Assembly (NCBI GenBank): GCA_019747795.1
Contig: JAIEQK010000163.1
Span: 2,088 to 66,087 of the forward strand
DNA: 64,000 bases
Direction of reading: 5' to 3'
Source of the DNA: Gammaproteobacteria bacterium
GTDB taxonomy: Bacteria > Pseudomonadota > Gammaproteobacteria > Ga0077536
A model generated the notes under the pieces. It was given only the letters and a program-made list of their open reading frames with translations, was not told the DNA's origin and did no database searches. A program made the translations under genes and the position numbers. Below, in pieces: positions 20,520 to 31,327 of this stretch; within the stretch, counting starts at the first letter, position 1; every line of letters starts with the position of its first letter.

Positions 20520-21387
20520 GGCCCTGCTCCAGCGCCTGGCGGCCGGCGTAGTCGCGCGCGAACTGGTGCGCCGCGCGGCCGCTGCGCGAGCCGTGCAGCA
20601 GCGCCCACTGCAACGCCGCGGCGCGCGCCGCCTCGGCGTCCGCGAGATCGGCGCCGAGCGCGCGCAGCCAGTGATCGGCGATGTCCAGGTAGCGCTCCTG
20701 GCTGAGCGGATGGAAGGACAGCCACAGGCCGAAGCGTTCCGACAGCGAGATCTTCTCTTCCACTGCCTCGCTCTGGTGGAGTTCGCCGTCGATGATGCGC
20801 GCGCCCTGGTTGTCGCTCTGGTGCTCGGGCATCAAGTGGCGCCGATTGGAGGTGGCGTAGATGACGATGTTCTCCGGCGTATCCAGCACCGAGCCATCGA
20901 GCACGGTCTTCAGCGCGCGGTAGGTAGCGTCGTTGTCGTCGAAGGAGAGGTCGTCGCAGTAGATGATGTAGCGCCCGGCGCTGTCGTGCAGACGGTCGAC
21001 GATGTCCGGCAGGTCGGTGAGATCGAGTCGGTCGACCTCCACCAGGCGCAGACCCTGGGGCGCGTAGTCGTTGAGCAGCGCCTTGACCAGCGAGGACTTG
21101 CCGGTACCGCGAGGTCCCCACAGGAGCGCGTTGTTGGCCGGGAGGCCGGCGAGGAACTGCCGCGTGTTGCGCTCCAGCGCCTCCTTCTGGCGTTCGACGT
21201 GCAGGAGATCGGCGAGCGACACGCGGTTGAAGCGGCGTATGGGTTCGAGCCGGCCGCGGCCCTGGTTCTTGCGCCAGCGCCAGGCGATGGCGTCGTCGAG
21301 TTCATCCTCGACGGTGGCGGGCAGCAGGCGCTCGAGACGCTCGAGCAGGCGGTCGGCGCGGGACAGGAACTTGGTGAGCTTGCCCAA
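20512..21387 (-). CDS. DUF815-family AAA+/P-loop ATPase of unknown function
   Basis: 291 aa with Walker A LLWGPRGTGKSSLVKAL and Walker B-like IIYCDDLSFD. The overall layout is that of the PF05673-type ATP-binding proteins. It overlaps hpt by 8 nt. Confidence 0.8.
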   Translation of the reverse strand: MGKLTKFLSRADRLLERLERLLPATVEDELDDAIAWRWRKNQGRGRLEPIRRFNRVSLADLLHVERQKEALERNTRQFLAGLPANNALLWGPRGTGKSSLVKALLNDYAPQGLRLVEVDRLDLTDLPDIVDRLHDSAGRYIIYCDDLSFDDNDATYRALKTVLDGSVLDTPENIVIYATSNRRHLMPEHQSDNQGARIIDGELHQSEAVEEKISLSERFGLWLSFHPLSQERYLDIADHWLRALGADLADAEAARAAALQWALLHGSRSGRAAHQFARDYAGRQALEQGRG

Positions 21388-21462
21388 GGCGGATCATCCA
21401 TCCAATGGGGTGAAAGCGCCCCATTCTACTGGATAGGCCGCGGCGCGCGAGGCGCCGCCGGC

Positions 21463-24333
21463 TCAGGAGGCGAGGGCGACCGAGCCGCCGCCGGCCACGT
21501 CGCGCAGGAGCGCGCGGGTCAGTTGGAACTCGATGCGCTTCTTGTAGTTCAAGAGATCGAGCGGCCGCAGCGACTCGATGCCGATCTGCTTGCGGAAGCG
21601 CGGCGAGAGGTCGAGGTCGGTGATGTAGATCGGGTAGACCTCGCCGAGCCGCCGTTGCGAGAGCACGAACTCCGCGACCTGCACGAACAGCGAGCCGCCG
21701 TGCTCCCAGGTGGAGAACTCGCGGTGGTTGGCGTTGATGGTGAACTGCTGATGTCCCTGGCTGTCGGCATCGGCCAGCACCTGGATGGACAGATAGGGCG
21801 TCGCCTGCTCGGGCTGGTCGGCATGGGGCTTCAGATGCACCACGCCGCCGGCGGTCATGATCTCGAAGGTATCCACCGGCAGCAGGCGTCCGGGTTCCTC
21901 TTCGCCGATGCCGTCGTAGCCGCAGCGCGGCAGCGCCTTCTCGATGAAGCGCCGGTAGTGGTGCAAGAGCGCCGGCATGCTGTAGCACTCCTGGCGATGG
22001 ACCAGCAGGAGCCCACGTTCGTCGAGGATGTAGACGTCGGCGAGATGCTCGCGCTGGCGGGCGAAGATCTGCAGCCGCCCGGGGCGGTTGTGCGCGTACA
22101 TCTGCGGCAGCACGCCGGCGCGCAGACAGGCGCCGTCGAAGTGCACGGTGTTGAAGCGGTTGCCGGTGACCTCGGCCAGCGCGCGTACCAGGCTGGTCTG
22201 GCTGCCGTGGACCTCGACCTGCGGCTTGCCGTCCTGCATGCGCAGGTGATGGAGCTGGTCGTCGATCTCGATGATGTAGTGCGGCGTGGCTTCGCGCGCA
22301 TGGCTCAACAGGAAGCCGTAGGCGGCGCCGAAGGTCTGCGCCACACGCTCGGCGATCTGGGCGGCGTAGTCCGAGGTGAAGCAGTGCGCGACGATGGGCG
22401 GCACGGCGGTCTCGCCGGCGTCGGCCTCGTTCCAGTTCAGGCATTCGGCCAGCGCTTCCAGCACCGCGCCGTTGCCTTCGTAGTGGTAGCAGTAGGTCTC
22501 GCCCCAGGTGGTGCCGAACACGAGATCCACGGCGCGCACCAGGTTCATGCGCCGCGCGCCGAACTGGAAGGCGTCGGTGCGGGTGCTGGTCAGCACGCCG
22601 CCGCCACCCATCGCGTTGGAGAAGGTCGACACGCCGACGTTGACCAGCAGCGTGACCCGCGCGATGCGCGGCTTGGCGCGCACGCCGTCGTCGCTGTCGT
22701 CCCCGTCGTCCGCCGCGAGGCTGGTGGCCAGCGCCTCGTTGGTGCGCTTGATCTCGAGCGCGGTGAGTTCGTTGGTCTGGGTGAAGACGTGCCAGGTGGT
22801 GGCCGGATCGCTCAGGCGATTCAGATGACACCACACCAGGATCTCCGCCGCCGAGGCCGAGCGTTTGAGCGGCCGGCGGAACTGCACCTCGGCCGGCCGA
22901 ACGGTGCCGGCGAACAGCATCCACACCAGGCTGGAATCGGCGGTGCGCACCTCGTGCAGCGACAGGCTCGCCTCCTGCGGATGGCTGCAGATGCCGCGCG
23001 TGACGACCTCGATCTTGGCCGGCTTGCGCTCGAAGGCGGCGTACAGCTGGCGGCCGAGCACGTGCAGATCCTGGCCGCTGATCAGGTGATCGTTGGCGTG
23101 GTTGCGCGCGAACTGCGACAGCATCGCGTAGCTGTCCTTCAGCGTGTTGATGAGATCTCGCCGCTCTTCCACCGCGGTATCGATGCGCCAGGCCTCACGC
23201 TGATCCAGCCGCGAGACCTGCTCCCAGCTCCAGCCCCAGGCCTTGACCATCTCGCCGAGCACGTCGGCGCGCCAGTCCTCGGCCGCCAGCGGCCCGCGGG
23301 TCGAGAGGCGCAGGTTGGCCTTGATGTAGAAACTGCGGCGCAGGACGTCGAGGCGCACCGGGTCGTTGCGCGCCATCAGGTGCTCCTCGACCTTGGTGTA
23401 CATCAGGATGTAGGGGTCGAGGCTGTCCAGGCTCACGTGCTCGGACTCGATGTTGCGCTTGTAGCGCTGGCTGAGCAGCGTGATGCGCGGGTACTCGGCG
23501 GCGTAGGCCTCCATCAGCAGCAGCTTCAGCACCGACTTGTAGGGGGACTTGATGCTCTTGTAGAGCTGCCACACGGCGGCGCCGAAGAATTCCTCCACCG
23601 GAATGCTGGCGAGCCCGCCGAAGTCGATGTAGTCGCGCACGTCCAGGCGCCGCGCGGCGGCCGCCTCGCGCACGTAGTCCTGGTAGTCCGCCTCGAAGCG
23701 CGACGGCACGCGCCACCACAGGGGGCGCAAGCCGGCGACCAGCAGGCTCGAGCGGTAGAACTCGTCCAGCAGCAGCGAATGCTGCGAAGAGCCGCTGGAC
23801 TCGTCCGACATGGCGAGCGTCTCGCCGGCGCGGAAGCGCTCCGCGTCCAACACGAAGAAATGCACCTCGAGGCCGATTTCCGCGGCGAAGGTCTCGATGC
23901 GGCGCGCCTTCTCGGCGAGCAGCTCCACCGCCGGCGCCGGCAGCTCCGGGTCGTGGCACAGCCACATGTCGAGGTCACTGTGGCGGGTGTAGGCGATGGT
24001 GCCGGGGCTGCCCATCATGTACAGCGCGCGAATCGGGAAGCGCACCGCCTGGCGCCGGTCGTAGTCGAAGGACCGGCACATGCGCCGCACCGCGCGCAGC
24101 GTGGCCTCGGTCGGCCCGTAGTCGTTGATGCCGGCAGGGGTCTCCTTCGAGACATAGCCCGGCAGCAGCGGGTGGTTGATGTGGAACAGGAGCGGCAGGA
24201 TCTCGAGGAAATCCCGCTGGCGAGGCGTGAGCGAGTCCTGCACGCGCCGCAGGCGATCGCGATTGAGGACCAGGAAGCGCTTCTCGCCGTGGTCCTCGGT
24301 CGCGGTCACGGTGTCGCGGGCGTCTGTGAGCAT
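21463..24333 (-). CDS. cyaA: class I adenylate cyclase
   Basis: The internal ATG at 24333 gives 956 aa: ...RFLVLNRDRLRRV..LTPRQRDFLEILPLLFHINHPLLPGYV...LYMMGSPGTIAYTRHSDLDMWLCH is the class I CyaA catalytic-domain signature. The 122 codons upstream in the track ORF are not cyclase-like. Confidence 0.88.
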   Translation of the reverse strand: MLTDARDTVTATEDHGEKRFLVLNRDRLRRVQDSLTPRQRDFLEILPLLFHINHPLLPGYVSKETPAGINDYGPTEATLRAVRRMCRSFDYDRRQAVRFPIRALYMMGSPGTIAYTRHSDLDMWLCHDPELPAPAVELLAEKARRIETFAAEIGLEVHFFVLDAERFRAGETLAMSDESSGSSQHSLLLDEFYRSSLLVAGLRPLWWRVPSRFEADYQDYVREAAAARRLDVRDYIDFGGLASIPVEEFFGAAVWQLYKSIKSPYKSVLKLLLMEAYAAEYPRITLLSQRYKRNIESEHVSLDSLDPYILMYTKVEEHLMARNDPVRLDVLRRSFYIKANLRLSTRGPLAAEDWRADVLGEMVKAWGWSWEQVSRLDQREAWRIDTAVEERRDLINTLKDSYAMLSQFARNHANDHLISGQDLHVLGRQLYAAFERKPAKIEVVTRGICSHPQEASLSLHEVRTADSSLVWMLFAGTVRPAEVQFRRPLKRSASAAEILVWCHLNRLSDPATTWHVFTQTNELTALEIKRTNEALATSLAADDGDDSDDGVRAKPRIARVTLLVNVGVSTFSNAMGGGGVLTSTRTDAFQFGARRMNLVRAVDLVFGTTWGETYCYHYEGNGAVLEALAECLNWNEADAGETAVPPIVAHCFTSDYAAQIAERVAQTFGAAYGFLLSHAREATPHYIIEIDDQLHHLRMQDGKPQVEVHGSQTSLVRALAEVTGNRFNTVHFDGACLRAGVLPQMYAHNRPGRLQIFARQREHLADVYILDERGLLLVHRQECYSMPALLHHYRRFIEKALPRCGYDGIGEEEPGRLLPVDTFEIMTAGGVVHLKPHADQPEQATPYLSIQVLADADSQGHQQFTINANHREFSTWEHGGSLFVQVAEFVLSQRRLGEVYPIYITDLDLSPRFRKQIGIESLRPLDLLNYKKRIEFQLTRALLRDVAGGGSVALAS

Positions 24334-24538
24334 GCACCAGATAGCGGCACCCGCGGCCGAATCTTCAGTCCGCCACCGGTTCCGGGCCAAACCGGCGGCG
24401 GCCGGCAGAATCCCAGTAAATTCAAGCGTTTTGGATTGTGCCAGCGGCGCTTCTGGTCGATAATCGCCGCTTCGGCGGCGGCTTGGGGGAAAGGCGGCGC
24501 GCCGCGACGACCACGCAAGCCTGGAGGTAGCCCCGAGC

Positions 24539-25795
24539 ATGTTTTCCCGCGATATGTCGATTGCCGGTTTCGATGATGAACTGTGGCAGGCGCTGGAGGC
24601 CGAGCGCGAACGCCAGGAGACGCACATCGAGCTCATCGCCTCGGAGAACCACGCCAGTCCGCGCGTGCTGGCCGCGGCCGGCACGGTGCTGACCAACAAG
24701 TACGCCGAGGGCTATCCCGGCAAGCGCTACTACGGCGGCTGCGAGCACGTCGACGTGGTCGAGGAACTGGCCATCGCCCGGGCCAAGCAGCTGTTCGGCG
24801 CGGCCTACGCGAACGTCCAGCCCCACTCCGGCTCGCAGGCCAACGGCGCGGTCTACCTGGCGCTGCTGGACGCCGGCGACGTGGTGCTCGGCATGAGCCT
24901 CGCCCACGGCGGGCACCTGACCCACGGCGCCTCGGTCAACTTCTCGGGCAAGACCTACCACGCCTTCCAGTACGGCCTCGACCCGGCCACCGGCCGGATC
25001 GACTACGACCAGGTGGCGAAGCTCGCCCGCGAGCACAAGCCGAAGCTGATCATGACCGGCTTCTCGGCCTATTCCCGCATCCTCGACTGGGCGAAGTTCC
25101 GCGAGATTGCCGACGAGGTCGGCGCCTACCTGGTGGCCGACATGGCCCATGTCGCGGGCCTGGTGGCGGTGGGGCTCTATCCCAGCCCGGTGGCCATCGC
25201 CGACCTGACCACCAGCACCACGCACAAGACCCTGCGCGGCCCGCGCAGCGGGCTGATCCTCGGCCGCGGCGACGAGGCCATCGCCAAGAAGGTCAATTCG
25301 GCGGTCTTTCCCGGCATCCAGGGCGGCCCGCTGATGCACGTCATCGCCGCCAAGGCGGTGGCCTTCAAGGAGGCCATGCAGCCCGAGTTCCGGCACTACC
25401 AGGAACAGGTCCTGGTCAATGCGCGGGCGATGGCCGAGACCTTCCTGGCGCGCGGCTTCAACGTGGTCTCGGGCGGCACCGACAACCACCTGTTCCTGGT
25501 CGACCTGGTCAACAAGGGACTGACCGGCAAGGCCGCCGACGCTGCGCTCGGCCGCGCCCACATCACGGTCAACAAGAACGCGGTGCCGAACGATCCGCAG
25601 TCGCCCTTCGTGACCAGCGGTATCCGCGTCGGCACCCCGGCCATGACCACCCGCGGTCTCGGCGAGGCCGACGCCCGTACCCTGGCCGGCTGGATGTGCG
25701 ACGTGCTGGAGCACATCGAAGACGAACGCGTGATCGAACGCGTGCGCGGCCAGGTGAGCGAGCTGTGCGGCCGTTACCCGGTGTACGCCGCCTGA
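24539..25795 (+). CDS. glyA: serine hydroxymethyltransferase
   Basis: 418 aa. [24 protein letters not shown] and [15 protein letters not shown] (PLP lysine region) are present. Confidence 0.96.
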   Translation: MFSRDMSIAGFDDELWQALEAERERQETHIELIASENHASPRVLAAAGTVLTNKYAEGYPGKRYYGGCEHVDVVEELAIARAKQLFGAAYANVQPHSGSQANGAVYLALLDAGDVVLGMSLAHGGHLTHGASVNFSGKTYHAFQYGLDPATGRIDYDQVAKLAREHKPKLIMTGFSAYSRILDWAKFREIADEVGAYLVADMAHVAGLVAVGLYPSPVAIADLTTSTTHKTLRGPRSGLILGRGDEAIAKKVNSAVFPGIQGGPLMHVIAAKAVAFKEAMQPEFRHYQEQVLVNARAMAETFLARGFNVVSGGTDNHLFLVDLVNKGLTGKAADAALGRAHITVNKNAVPNDPQSPFVTSGIRVGTPAMTTRGLGEADARTLAGWMCDVLEHIEDERVIERVRGQVSELCGRYPVYAA

Positions 25796-25827
25796 GCCTC
25801 GGACTGTCCCAAGGGGAGTAGCGCGTC

Positions 25828-26355
25828 ATGCATTGCCCGTTCTGTGCCCATATCGACACCCGCGTGATCGACTCACGCCTGCTCGGTGAGGGCGATCAGA
25901 TCCGTCGCCGTCGCGAGTGCATGAGCTGCAAGGCGCGCTTCACCACCTACGAGACCGCGGAGCTCAGCCTGCCGCGGGTGATCAAGAGCGATGGTCGGCG
26001 CGAGACGTTCAACGACGACAAGCTGCGCGGTGGCTTCCTCAAGGCGCTGGAGAAGCGCCCGGTGTCCATGGAGCGCGTCGAGGGCGCGATCAACGACGTC
26101 AAGCGCCGCGTGCGCGAGAGCGGCGAGCGCGAGATCGAGTCGGTGCGCATCGGCGAACTGGTGATGGACGCGCTGCGCGGGCTGGACCAGGTCGCCTACG
26201 TGCGCTTCGCCTCGGTGTACCGCAGCTTCGAGGACGTGCGCGCCTTCCTGGAAGAGATCGAAAGGCTGGAGAACGAACTGCCGCCGGATCTGCGCGACCA
26301 GCAGCTCGACCTGCTGCCCGGCGAGAAGGCCGAGAAGGGCGGCAAGGCGAGCTGA
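25828..26355 (+). CDS. nrdR: transcriptional repressor NrdR
   Basis: [17 protein letters not shown]...[17 protein letters not shown] is the zinc ribbon, followed by an ATP-cone domain. Confidence 0.93.
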   Translation: MHCPFCAHIDTRVIDSRLLGEGDQIRRRRECMSCKARFTTYETAELSLPRVIKSDGRRETFNDDKLRGGFLKALEKRPVSMERVEGAINDVKRRVRESGEREIESVRIGELVMDALRGLDQVAYVRFASVYRSFEDVRAFLEEIERLENELPPDLRDQQLDLLPGEKAEKGGKAS

Positions 26356-26376
26356 CAGCGCGCGCCGCGTTCCTCC

Positions 26377-27474
26377 GTGAGCATGCAGGAAGACGTGCAG
26401 TACATGACCCGCGCGCTGGCGCTCGCCGCGCGCGGTCGCTATTCCACCTCGCCCAATCCCTGCGTCGGCTGCGTGCTGGTGAAGGACGGCGTGATCCTCG
26501 CCGAGGGCTGGCACCGCCGCGCCGGCGGTCCGCATGCCGAGGCCGATGCGCTCGCGCAGGCCGGCCCGCGCGCGCGGGGCGCCACCGCCTACGTGACCCT
26601 CGAGCCCTGCAACCATCACGGCCGCACGCCGGCCTGCAGCGAGGCCTTGATCGCGGCGGGCGTGGCGCGCGTGGTCTACGCGATGGACGACCCGAACCCG
26701 CGAGTGTCCGGCAGCGGCGCGGCGCGCCTGCGCGCCGCCGGTATCGAAGTGCAGGGTGGCGTGTGCGACGCCGAGGCACGCAGCTTCAATCGCGGTTTCT
26801 TCCACCGCATGCGCACCGGCCTGCCGTTCGTGCGCATCAAGCTCGGCATGAGCATCGACGGCGGCGCGGCGCTCGCCGACGGCAGCAGCCAGTGGATCAC
26901 GAGCGAAGCCGCGCGCGCCGACGTGCAGCGCATGCGGGCCGAGTCCTGCGCCATCGTCACCGGCATCGGCACGCTGCTGGCCGACAACCCCTCGCTGAAC
27001 GTGCGCGACCCGCGCTTCGAGATGCACGGCCGTCAACCGCACCGGGTCATTCTCGACCGCCACCTGGAGACGCCGCCCGACGCGCGCCTGCTGTCGCTGC
27101 CGGGTGAGACCTGGATCTTCTGCGGCGAGGAGGCGCTGAACCGCGCGCAGCCGCTCGTCGACGCCGGCGCGCGGGTCGAGGCGCTGCCGCTCGCCGACGG
27201 TCGCATCGATCTGCCGGCGCTGCGCGCGCGCCTGGGCGAGCTCGAGATCAACGAGTTGATGGTCGAATCCGGCCCGCGGCTCGCCGCCGCCTTCATCTCC
27301 GCGCGCTGCTTCGATCAGCTGGTGCTGTACGTCGCGCCCAAGCTGCTCGGCGTGCAGGCGCGTCGCGCCCTGGAAGTGTCCTCGCCCGCGACACTCGATG
27401 CGGCGCTCGCCCTGCCTATGGTCGAGTGTGATCGAATCGGGGATGATCTGCGTATCACGCTCGGAACCGCCTGA
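26377..27474 (+). CDS. ribD: bifunctional diaminohydroxyphosphoribosylaminopyrimidine deaminase / 5-amino-6-(5-phosphoribosylamino)uracil reductase
   Basis: The CMP/dCMP deaminase zinc motif is HAEADAL...TLEPCNHHGRTPAC, followed by the RibD C-terminal reductase domain. Starts are GTG at 26377 or ATG at 26383. Confidence 0.93.
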   Translation: MSMQEDVQYMTRALALAARGRYSTSPNPCVGCVLVKDGVILAEGWHRRAGGPHAEADALAQAGPRARGATAYVTLEPCNHHGRTPACSEALIAAGVARVVYAMDDPNPRVSGSGAARLRAAGIEVQGGVCDAEARSFNRGFFHRMRTGLPFVRIKLGMSIDGGAALADGSSQWITSEAARADVQRMRAESCAIVTGIGTLLADNPSLNVRDPRFEMHGRQPHRVILDRHLETPPDARLLSLPGETWIFCGEEALNRAQPLVDAGARVEALPLADGRIDLPALRARLGELEINELMVESGPRLAAAFISARCFDQLVLYVAPKLLGVQARRALEVSSPATLDAALALPMVECDRIGDDLRITLGTA

Positions 27475-27485
27475 CGGAGTCGCCC

Positions 27486-28151
27486 ATGTTCACCGGAATC
27501 GTCGCCTGCGTCGGCCACATCACCCAGCTCGTCCGTCGCGGCGACGCGATGCGTCTCGGCATCGCGGCCGGCACGCTCGATCTCGGCGACGTTGCGCTCG
27601 GCGATTCCATCGCGGTGTCCGGCCCCTGCCTGACCGTGGTCGAGTTCGACAAGCACAGCTTCGCCGTCGACGTGTCCAGCGAGACGCTCGCCCGCACCAC
27701 GCTCGGCGCACGCAAGGTGGGGGATCCGGTGAATCTCGAGAAGGCCCTGCGCCTGACCGACCGCCTGGGTGGCCACCTGGTCAGCGGCCACATCGACGGC
27801 ATCGGCACGGTGGTGCGGCGCGAGAGCCTGGCCGAGTACATCCGCTGGGTGGTGCGCGTGCCCGCCGATCTCGCCCACTACCTGGCCTTCAAGGGCTCGG
27901 TGGCGATCGACGGCGTGAGCCTCACGGTGAACGGCGTCGACGGCGACACCTTCGAGGTGCTGACCATTCCCCATACCCTCGAGCGCACGACGCTGGGCCA
28001 CCTCGTGGCCGGCGCCGAGGTCAACATCGAGGTCGATCTCATCGCCCGCTACATCGAGCGCCTGCTCAGCCGCTCGGCCGCGCCGGGCGCCGGCGGGCTG
28101 ACCCTGGAGGCGCTCGCGGCCGCCGGCTTCGGCGCGTCGCGCGAGGCCTGA
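27486..28151 (+). CDS. ribE: riboflavin synthase (alpha chain)
   Basis: MFTGIV... is followed by two lumazine-binding repeats (GDSIAVSGPCLTV / GSVAIDGVSLTV). Confidence 0.92.
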   Translation: MFTGIVACVGHITQLVRRGDAMRLGIAAGTLDLGDVALGDSIAVSGPCLTVVEFDKHSFAVDVSSETLARTTLGARKVGDPVNLEKALRLTDRLGGHLVSGHIDGIGTVVRRESLAEYIRWVVRVPADLAHYLAFKGSVAIDGVSLTVNGVDGDTFEVLTIPHTLERTTLGHLVAGAEVNIEVDLIARYIERLLSRSAAPGAGGLTLEALAAAGFGASREA

Positions 28152-28244
28152 TCCAGCGCAGTTCCGCGCCGGCCGTGCCCGCCCCGGGCCGGCCGAAATG
28201 GATATAATCGCCCGCCTGTCACGCACCGTTACCCCATCCGCACC

Positions 28245-29351
28245 ATGGCACTCAGCAGTACGCAGGAACTGATCGACGAACTCCGCGCCGGTCGCATGAT
28301 CATCATCATGGACGACGAGGATCGTGAGAACGAGGGCGACTTCATCATTGCCGCCGAGCATTGCACGCCCGAAGTCATCAACTTCATGACCAAGTTCGGG
28401 CGCGGCCTCATCTGCCTGACCCTGACCGAGGATCGCTGCCGTCGGTTGAACCTGCCGCTGATGGTGCAGGACACGCGCTATACCCACCGTACCAATTTCA
28501 CCGTGTCCATCGAGGCCGCCGAGGGCGTGACCACCGGCATCTCGGCCGCCGATCGCGCACGCACCGTGCAGGCCGCCGTGGCGCGCGACGCGCAGCCGGC
28601 GGACCTCACCCAGCCCGGCCACATCTTTCCGCTGATGGCGCAGTCGGGCGGCGTGCTGACCCGTGCAGGGCACACCGAGGCGGGCTGCGATTTCGCGCGG
28701 CTCGCGGGTCTCGAGCCCGCGGCGGTGATCGTCGAGATCTTGAACGATGACGGCACCATGGCGCGGCGGCCCGACCTCGAGCGCATCGCCGCCGAGCACA
28801 ATCTCAAGATCGGCACCATCGCGGACCTCATCCACTTCCGCATCGCCAACGAGAAGACCGTAGAGCGCATGGCGGATTCGGTGCTGCCCACGGAGTTCGG
28901 CGACTTCCATCTCTATGCCTACGAGGACGCCATCCACGGCGACCTGCACATGGCGATGGTCAAGGGCGACATCGATCCCGAGCGGCCGACGCTGGTGCGC
29001 GTGCACATCTACAATCCGTTCGAGGACCTGACCGCAAGCATTCGCAAGGATGCCGGCTGGCCGCTGCGTGACGCGCTGGCGCGCATCGCCGCGGCGGGCG
29101 AGGGCGTGGTGGTGGTGCTGAACAACCAGATCACCAACCGTGAACTGGTGCGCCAGGTGCGGCTGTACAACGACACTTCGGACGGCGCGGTGCCGAAGCG
29201 CGAGAATCCCACCATGGACTGGCGGCAGATCGGCCTCGGCGCCCAGATCCTGGCCGACGTCGGGGTGCGCAAGATGCGCGTGATGAGCAACCGGCGCAAA
29301 TACCATGCGATCTCGGGCTTCGGCCTCGAGGTCGTCGAATACGTCAATTGA
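28245..29351 (+). CDS. ribBA: bifunctional 3,4-dihydroxy-2-butanone-4-phosphate synthase / GTP cyclohydrolase II-like
   Basis: The DHBP synthase motifs are [19 protein letters not shown] and GHIFPL, followed by a RibA-like C-terminal half. Confidence 0.92.
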   Translation: MALSSTQELIDELRAGRMIIIMDDEDRENEGDFIIAAEHCTPEVINFMTKFGRGLICLTLTEDRCRRLNLPLMVQDTRYTHRTNFTVSIEAAEGVTTGISAADRARTVQAAVARDAQPADLTQPGHIFPLMAQSGGVLTRAGHTEAGCDFARLAGLEPAAVIVEILNDDGTMARRPDLERIAAEHNLKIGTIADLIHFRIANEKTVERMADSVLPTEFGDFHLYAYEDAIHGDLHMAMVKGDIDPERPTLVRVHIYNPFEDLTASIRKDAGWPLRDALARIAAAGEGVVVVLNNQITNRELVRQVRLYNDTSDGAVPKRENPTMDWRQIGLGAQILADVGVRKMRVMSNRRKYHAISGFGLEVVEYVN

Positions 29352-29378
29352 CGCGGACCGTTTGAGAAGGTGACGACG

Positions 29379-29852
29379 ATGCAGGACGTGAAAGTGATCG
29401 AAGGGCGGCTGGTGGCCGAGGGCAAGATGCGCATCGCCATCGTCAGCGGCCGCTTCAACGGCTTCATCGTCGAGGCGCTGGAAGCGGGCGCGCTGGATAC
29501 CTTGAAGCGCCACGGCGTGGATCTCGCCGACGTCACCGTCACGCGCACGCCGGGTGCGTTCGAGATCCCGGTGGTCGCCGCCAAGCTCGCGCGTTCCGGC
29601 AAGTACGACGCGGTGATCGCGCTCGGCGCGGTGATTCGCGGCGCGACCGCGCACTTCGACCACGTCGCCGGCGCCTGCTCGCGCGGTCTCGGCAGCGTCG
29701 CGACCGAGACCGGTATCCCGGTGATCTTCGGCGTGTTGACGGTCGACACCATCGAACAGGCCATCGAGCGCGCCGGCACCAAGGCCGGCAACAAGGGTGG
29801 CGAGGCAGCCGTCACCGCGATCGAAATGATCTCCCTGCTGCGCCAGCTGTGA
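29379..29852 (+). CDS. ribH: 6,7-dimethyl-8-ribityllumazine synthase
   Basis: MQDVKVIEG...[13 protein letters not shown]...[11 protein letters not shown]...GVLT is the lumazine synthase signature. The ATG at 29379 sits 8 nt after GAGAAGG; the track ORF uses the GTG at 29370. Confidence 0.92.
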   Translation: MQDVKVIEGRLVAEGKMRIAIVSGRFNGFIVEALEAGALDTLKRHGVDLADVTVTRTPGAFEIPVVAAKLARSGKYDAVIALGAVIRGATAHFDHVAGACSRGLGSVATETGIPVIFGVLTVDTIEQAIERAGTKAGNKGGEAAVTAIEMISLLRQL

Positions 29853-30298
29853 GCAAGTCCGGCGGCGGACACCATGGTCGGGTGCGCGCGCGGCGCTGTG
29901 CCGTGCAGGCGCTCTACCAGTGGCAGATGGCCGGCCAGGAACCGCGCGACATCGTGCAGGAGTTCGTCAACGAGCGTGAGTTGAACAGCGTCGACCTCGA
30001 ATACTTCACCACCCTCGTGCGCGAAGTGCCGCGGCACTTCCAGACCCTGCAGACCGATCTCACGCCCTATCTCGATCGCGACTGGCCGAAGCTCGATCCG
30101 GTCGAGCGCAGCGTGCTCCTGATCGGCGCCTACGAGATGCGCTACTGCCTCGAGATCCCCTACCGGGTGGTGATCAACGAGGGCGTCGAACTGTGCAAGA
30201 TGTTCGGCACGGTCGAAGGCCATCGTTACGTCAACGGCGTGCTGGACAAGCTCGCACACACGGCCCGCGCGGTGGAGATCGGCGCCGGCCAGGCCTGA
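29849..30298 (+). CDS. nusB: transcription antitermination factor NusB
   Basis: 149 aa. [13 protein letters not shown] and [10 protein letters not shown] are present. The GTG start overlaps the ribH stop (GTGA). Confidence 0.9.
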   Translation: MSKSGGGHHGRVRARRCAVQALYQWQMAGQEPRDIVQEFVNERELNSVDLEYFTTLVREVPRHFQTLQTDLTPYLDRDWPKLDPVERSVLLIGAYEMRYCLEIPYRVVINEGVELCKMFGTVEGHRYVNGVLDKLAHTARAVEIGAGQA

Positions 30299-30306
30299 TC
30301 CCGCTC

Positions 30307-31260
30307 GTGGATGAGTTCGACCTCATCGCGCGCTACTTCCAGCCGCTCGCGTTCGCAGCGCCAGGACTCGAACTAGGCATCGGCGACGATGCCGCGATAT
30401 TCACGCTGCCGCCCGGCGAAGCCCTGGTGGTGACGGTCGACACCCTGGTCGAAGGCGTGCACTTCCCCGTGGACTTCCCGCCGGCCGCCGTCGCGAGCCG
30501 CCTTGCCGCGGTCAACCTGAGCGACCTCGCGGCGATGGGCGCCACGCCGCGCTACGCGACGCTCGCGCTCACCGTGCCGCGTCTCGAGCCTGACTGGCTT
30601 GCCGCCTTCGCCGACGCGTTCGGCGTGGCGCTGGCCGCCGCCGGCATGAGCCTCGTCGGCGGCGACACCACGCGCGGACCGCTCACCCTGACCCTGCAGG
30701 CCATGGGCAGCGTGCCCGTCGGCCAGGCGCTCACCCGCCGGGGCGCGCGGCTCGGCGACCTGGTGGTGGTGAGCGGCACGCTGGGGGACGCGCGCGCGGG
30801 CCTCGACCTCGCGCTCTCCACGCCCTGGGCGGATGCCGACGACCCGCTGCTGGCGCGCTTCGTCGCGCCGACCCCGCGCGTCGCCCTCGGGTGCGCGCTG
30901 CGGGGCGTGGCCCGGGCGGCGATCGATGTGTCCGACGGACTTCTCGCGGATCTCGGCCACATCGCCGCGCGGAGCCGCTGCGGCGTGCGGGTCGACGTGG
31001 GGCGGCTGCCGCTGTCGGCGGCGCTTTGCGCGCGGGTCGGGCTCGCCACGGCGCGCGAGTTCGCGCTCGCCGGCGGTGACGACTATGAACTCGTGCTTGC
31101 CGTGCCGCCGGACCGGCTCGCCGAGGCGGCGCAGCGCGCGCGAGGTGCCGGGGTGTCGCTCACCGTCATCGGCGAGTTCGTCGCCGGTGCCGGCGTCGAG
31201 TGTCACGACGCCGGACAAGCCTTCGTGCCCGCCGCGCGCGGCTACCTGCACTTCGAGTGA
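30307..31260 (+). CDS. thiL: thiamine-monophosphate kinase
   Basis: The GTG at 30307 gives VDEFDLIARYF...GIGDDAA...DTLVEGVHF...NLSDLAAMGA...GGD.T (AIR synthase-related/ThiL motifs). The track ORF begins inside nusB. Confidence 0.88.
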   Translation: MDEFDLIARYFQPLAFAAPGLELGIGDDAAIFTLPPGEALVVTVDTLVEGVHFPVDFPPAAVASRLAAVNLSDLAAMGATPRYATLALTVPRLEPDWLAAFADAFGVALAAAGMSLVGGDTTRGPLTLTLQAMGSVPVGQALTRRGARLGDLVVVSGTLGDARAGLDLALSTPWADADDPLLARFVAPTPRVALGCALRGVARAAIDVSDGLLADLGHIAARSRCGVRVDVGRLPLSAALCARVGLATAREFALAGGDDYELVLAVPPDRLAEAAQRARGAGVSLTVIGEFVAGAGVECHDAGQAFVPAARGYLHFE

Positions 31261-31327
31261 GGCGCGGCGCCTGCGCTATCATGGGGCGTGTCGACGATGC
31301 GCGCGCCGTGCGCGCGAGGAGGGTGCC

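Noticed and set aside
24334-24538. A possible ZTP (pfl) or THF riboswitch in the glyA leader.
   Set aside because: There is only a weak resemblance (…GCAAGCCTGGAGG…) to the 3' CCGCCUGGGC core, and there is no GACUGGCG-type 5' domain. A covariance-model scan (Rfam RF01750/RF01831) would settle it.
28152-28244. A possible FMN (RFN) riboswitch ahead of ribBA.
   Set aside because: The gap is only about 93 nt, and I could not find the conserved FMN-element core sequences.
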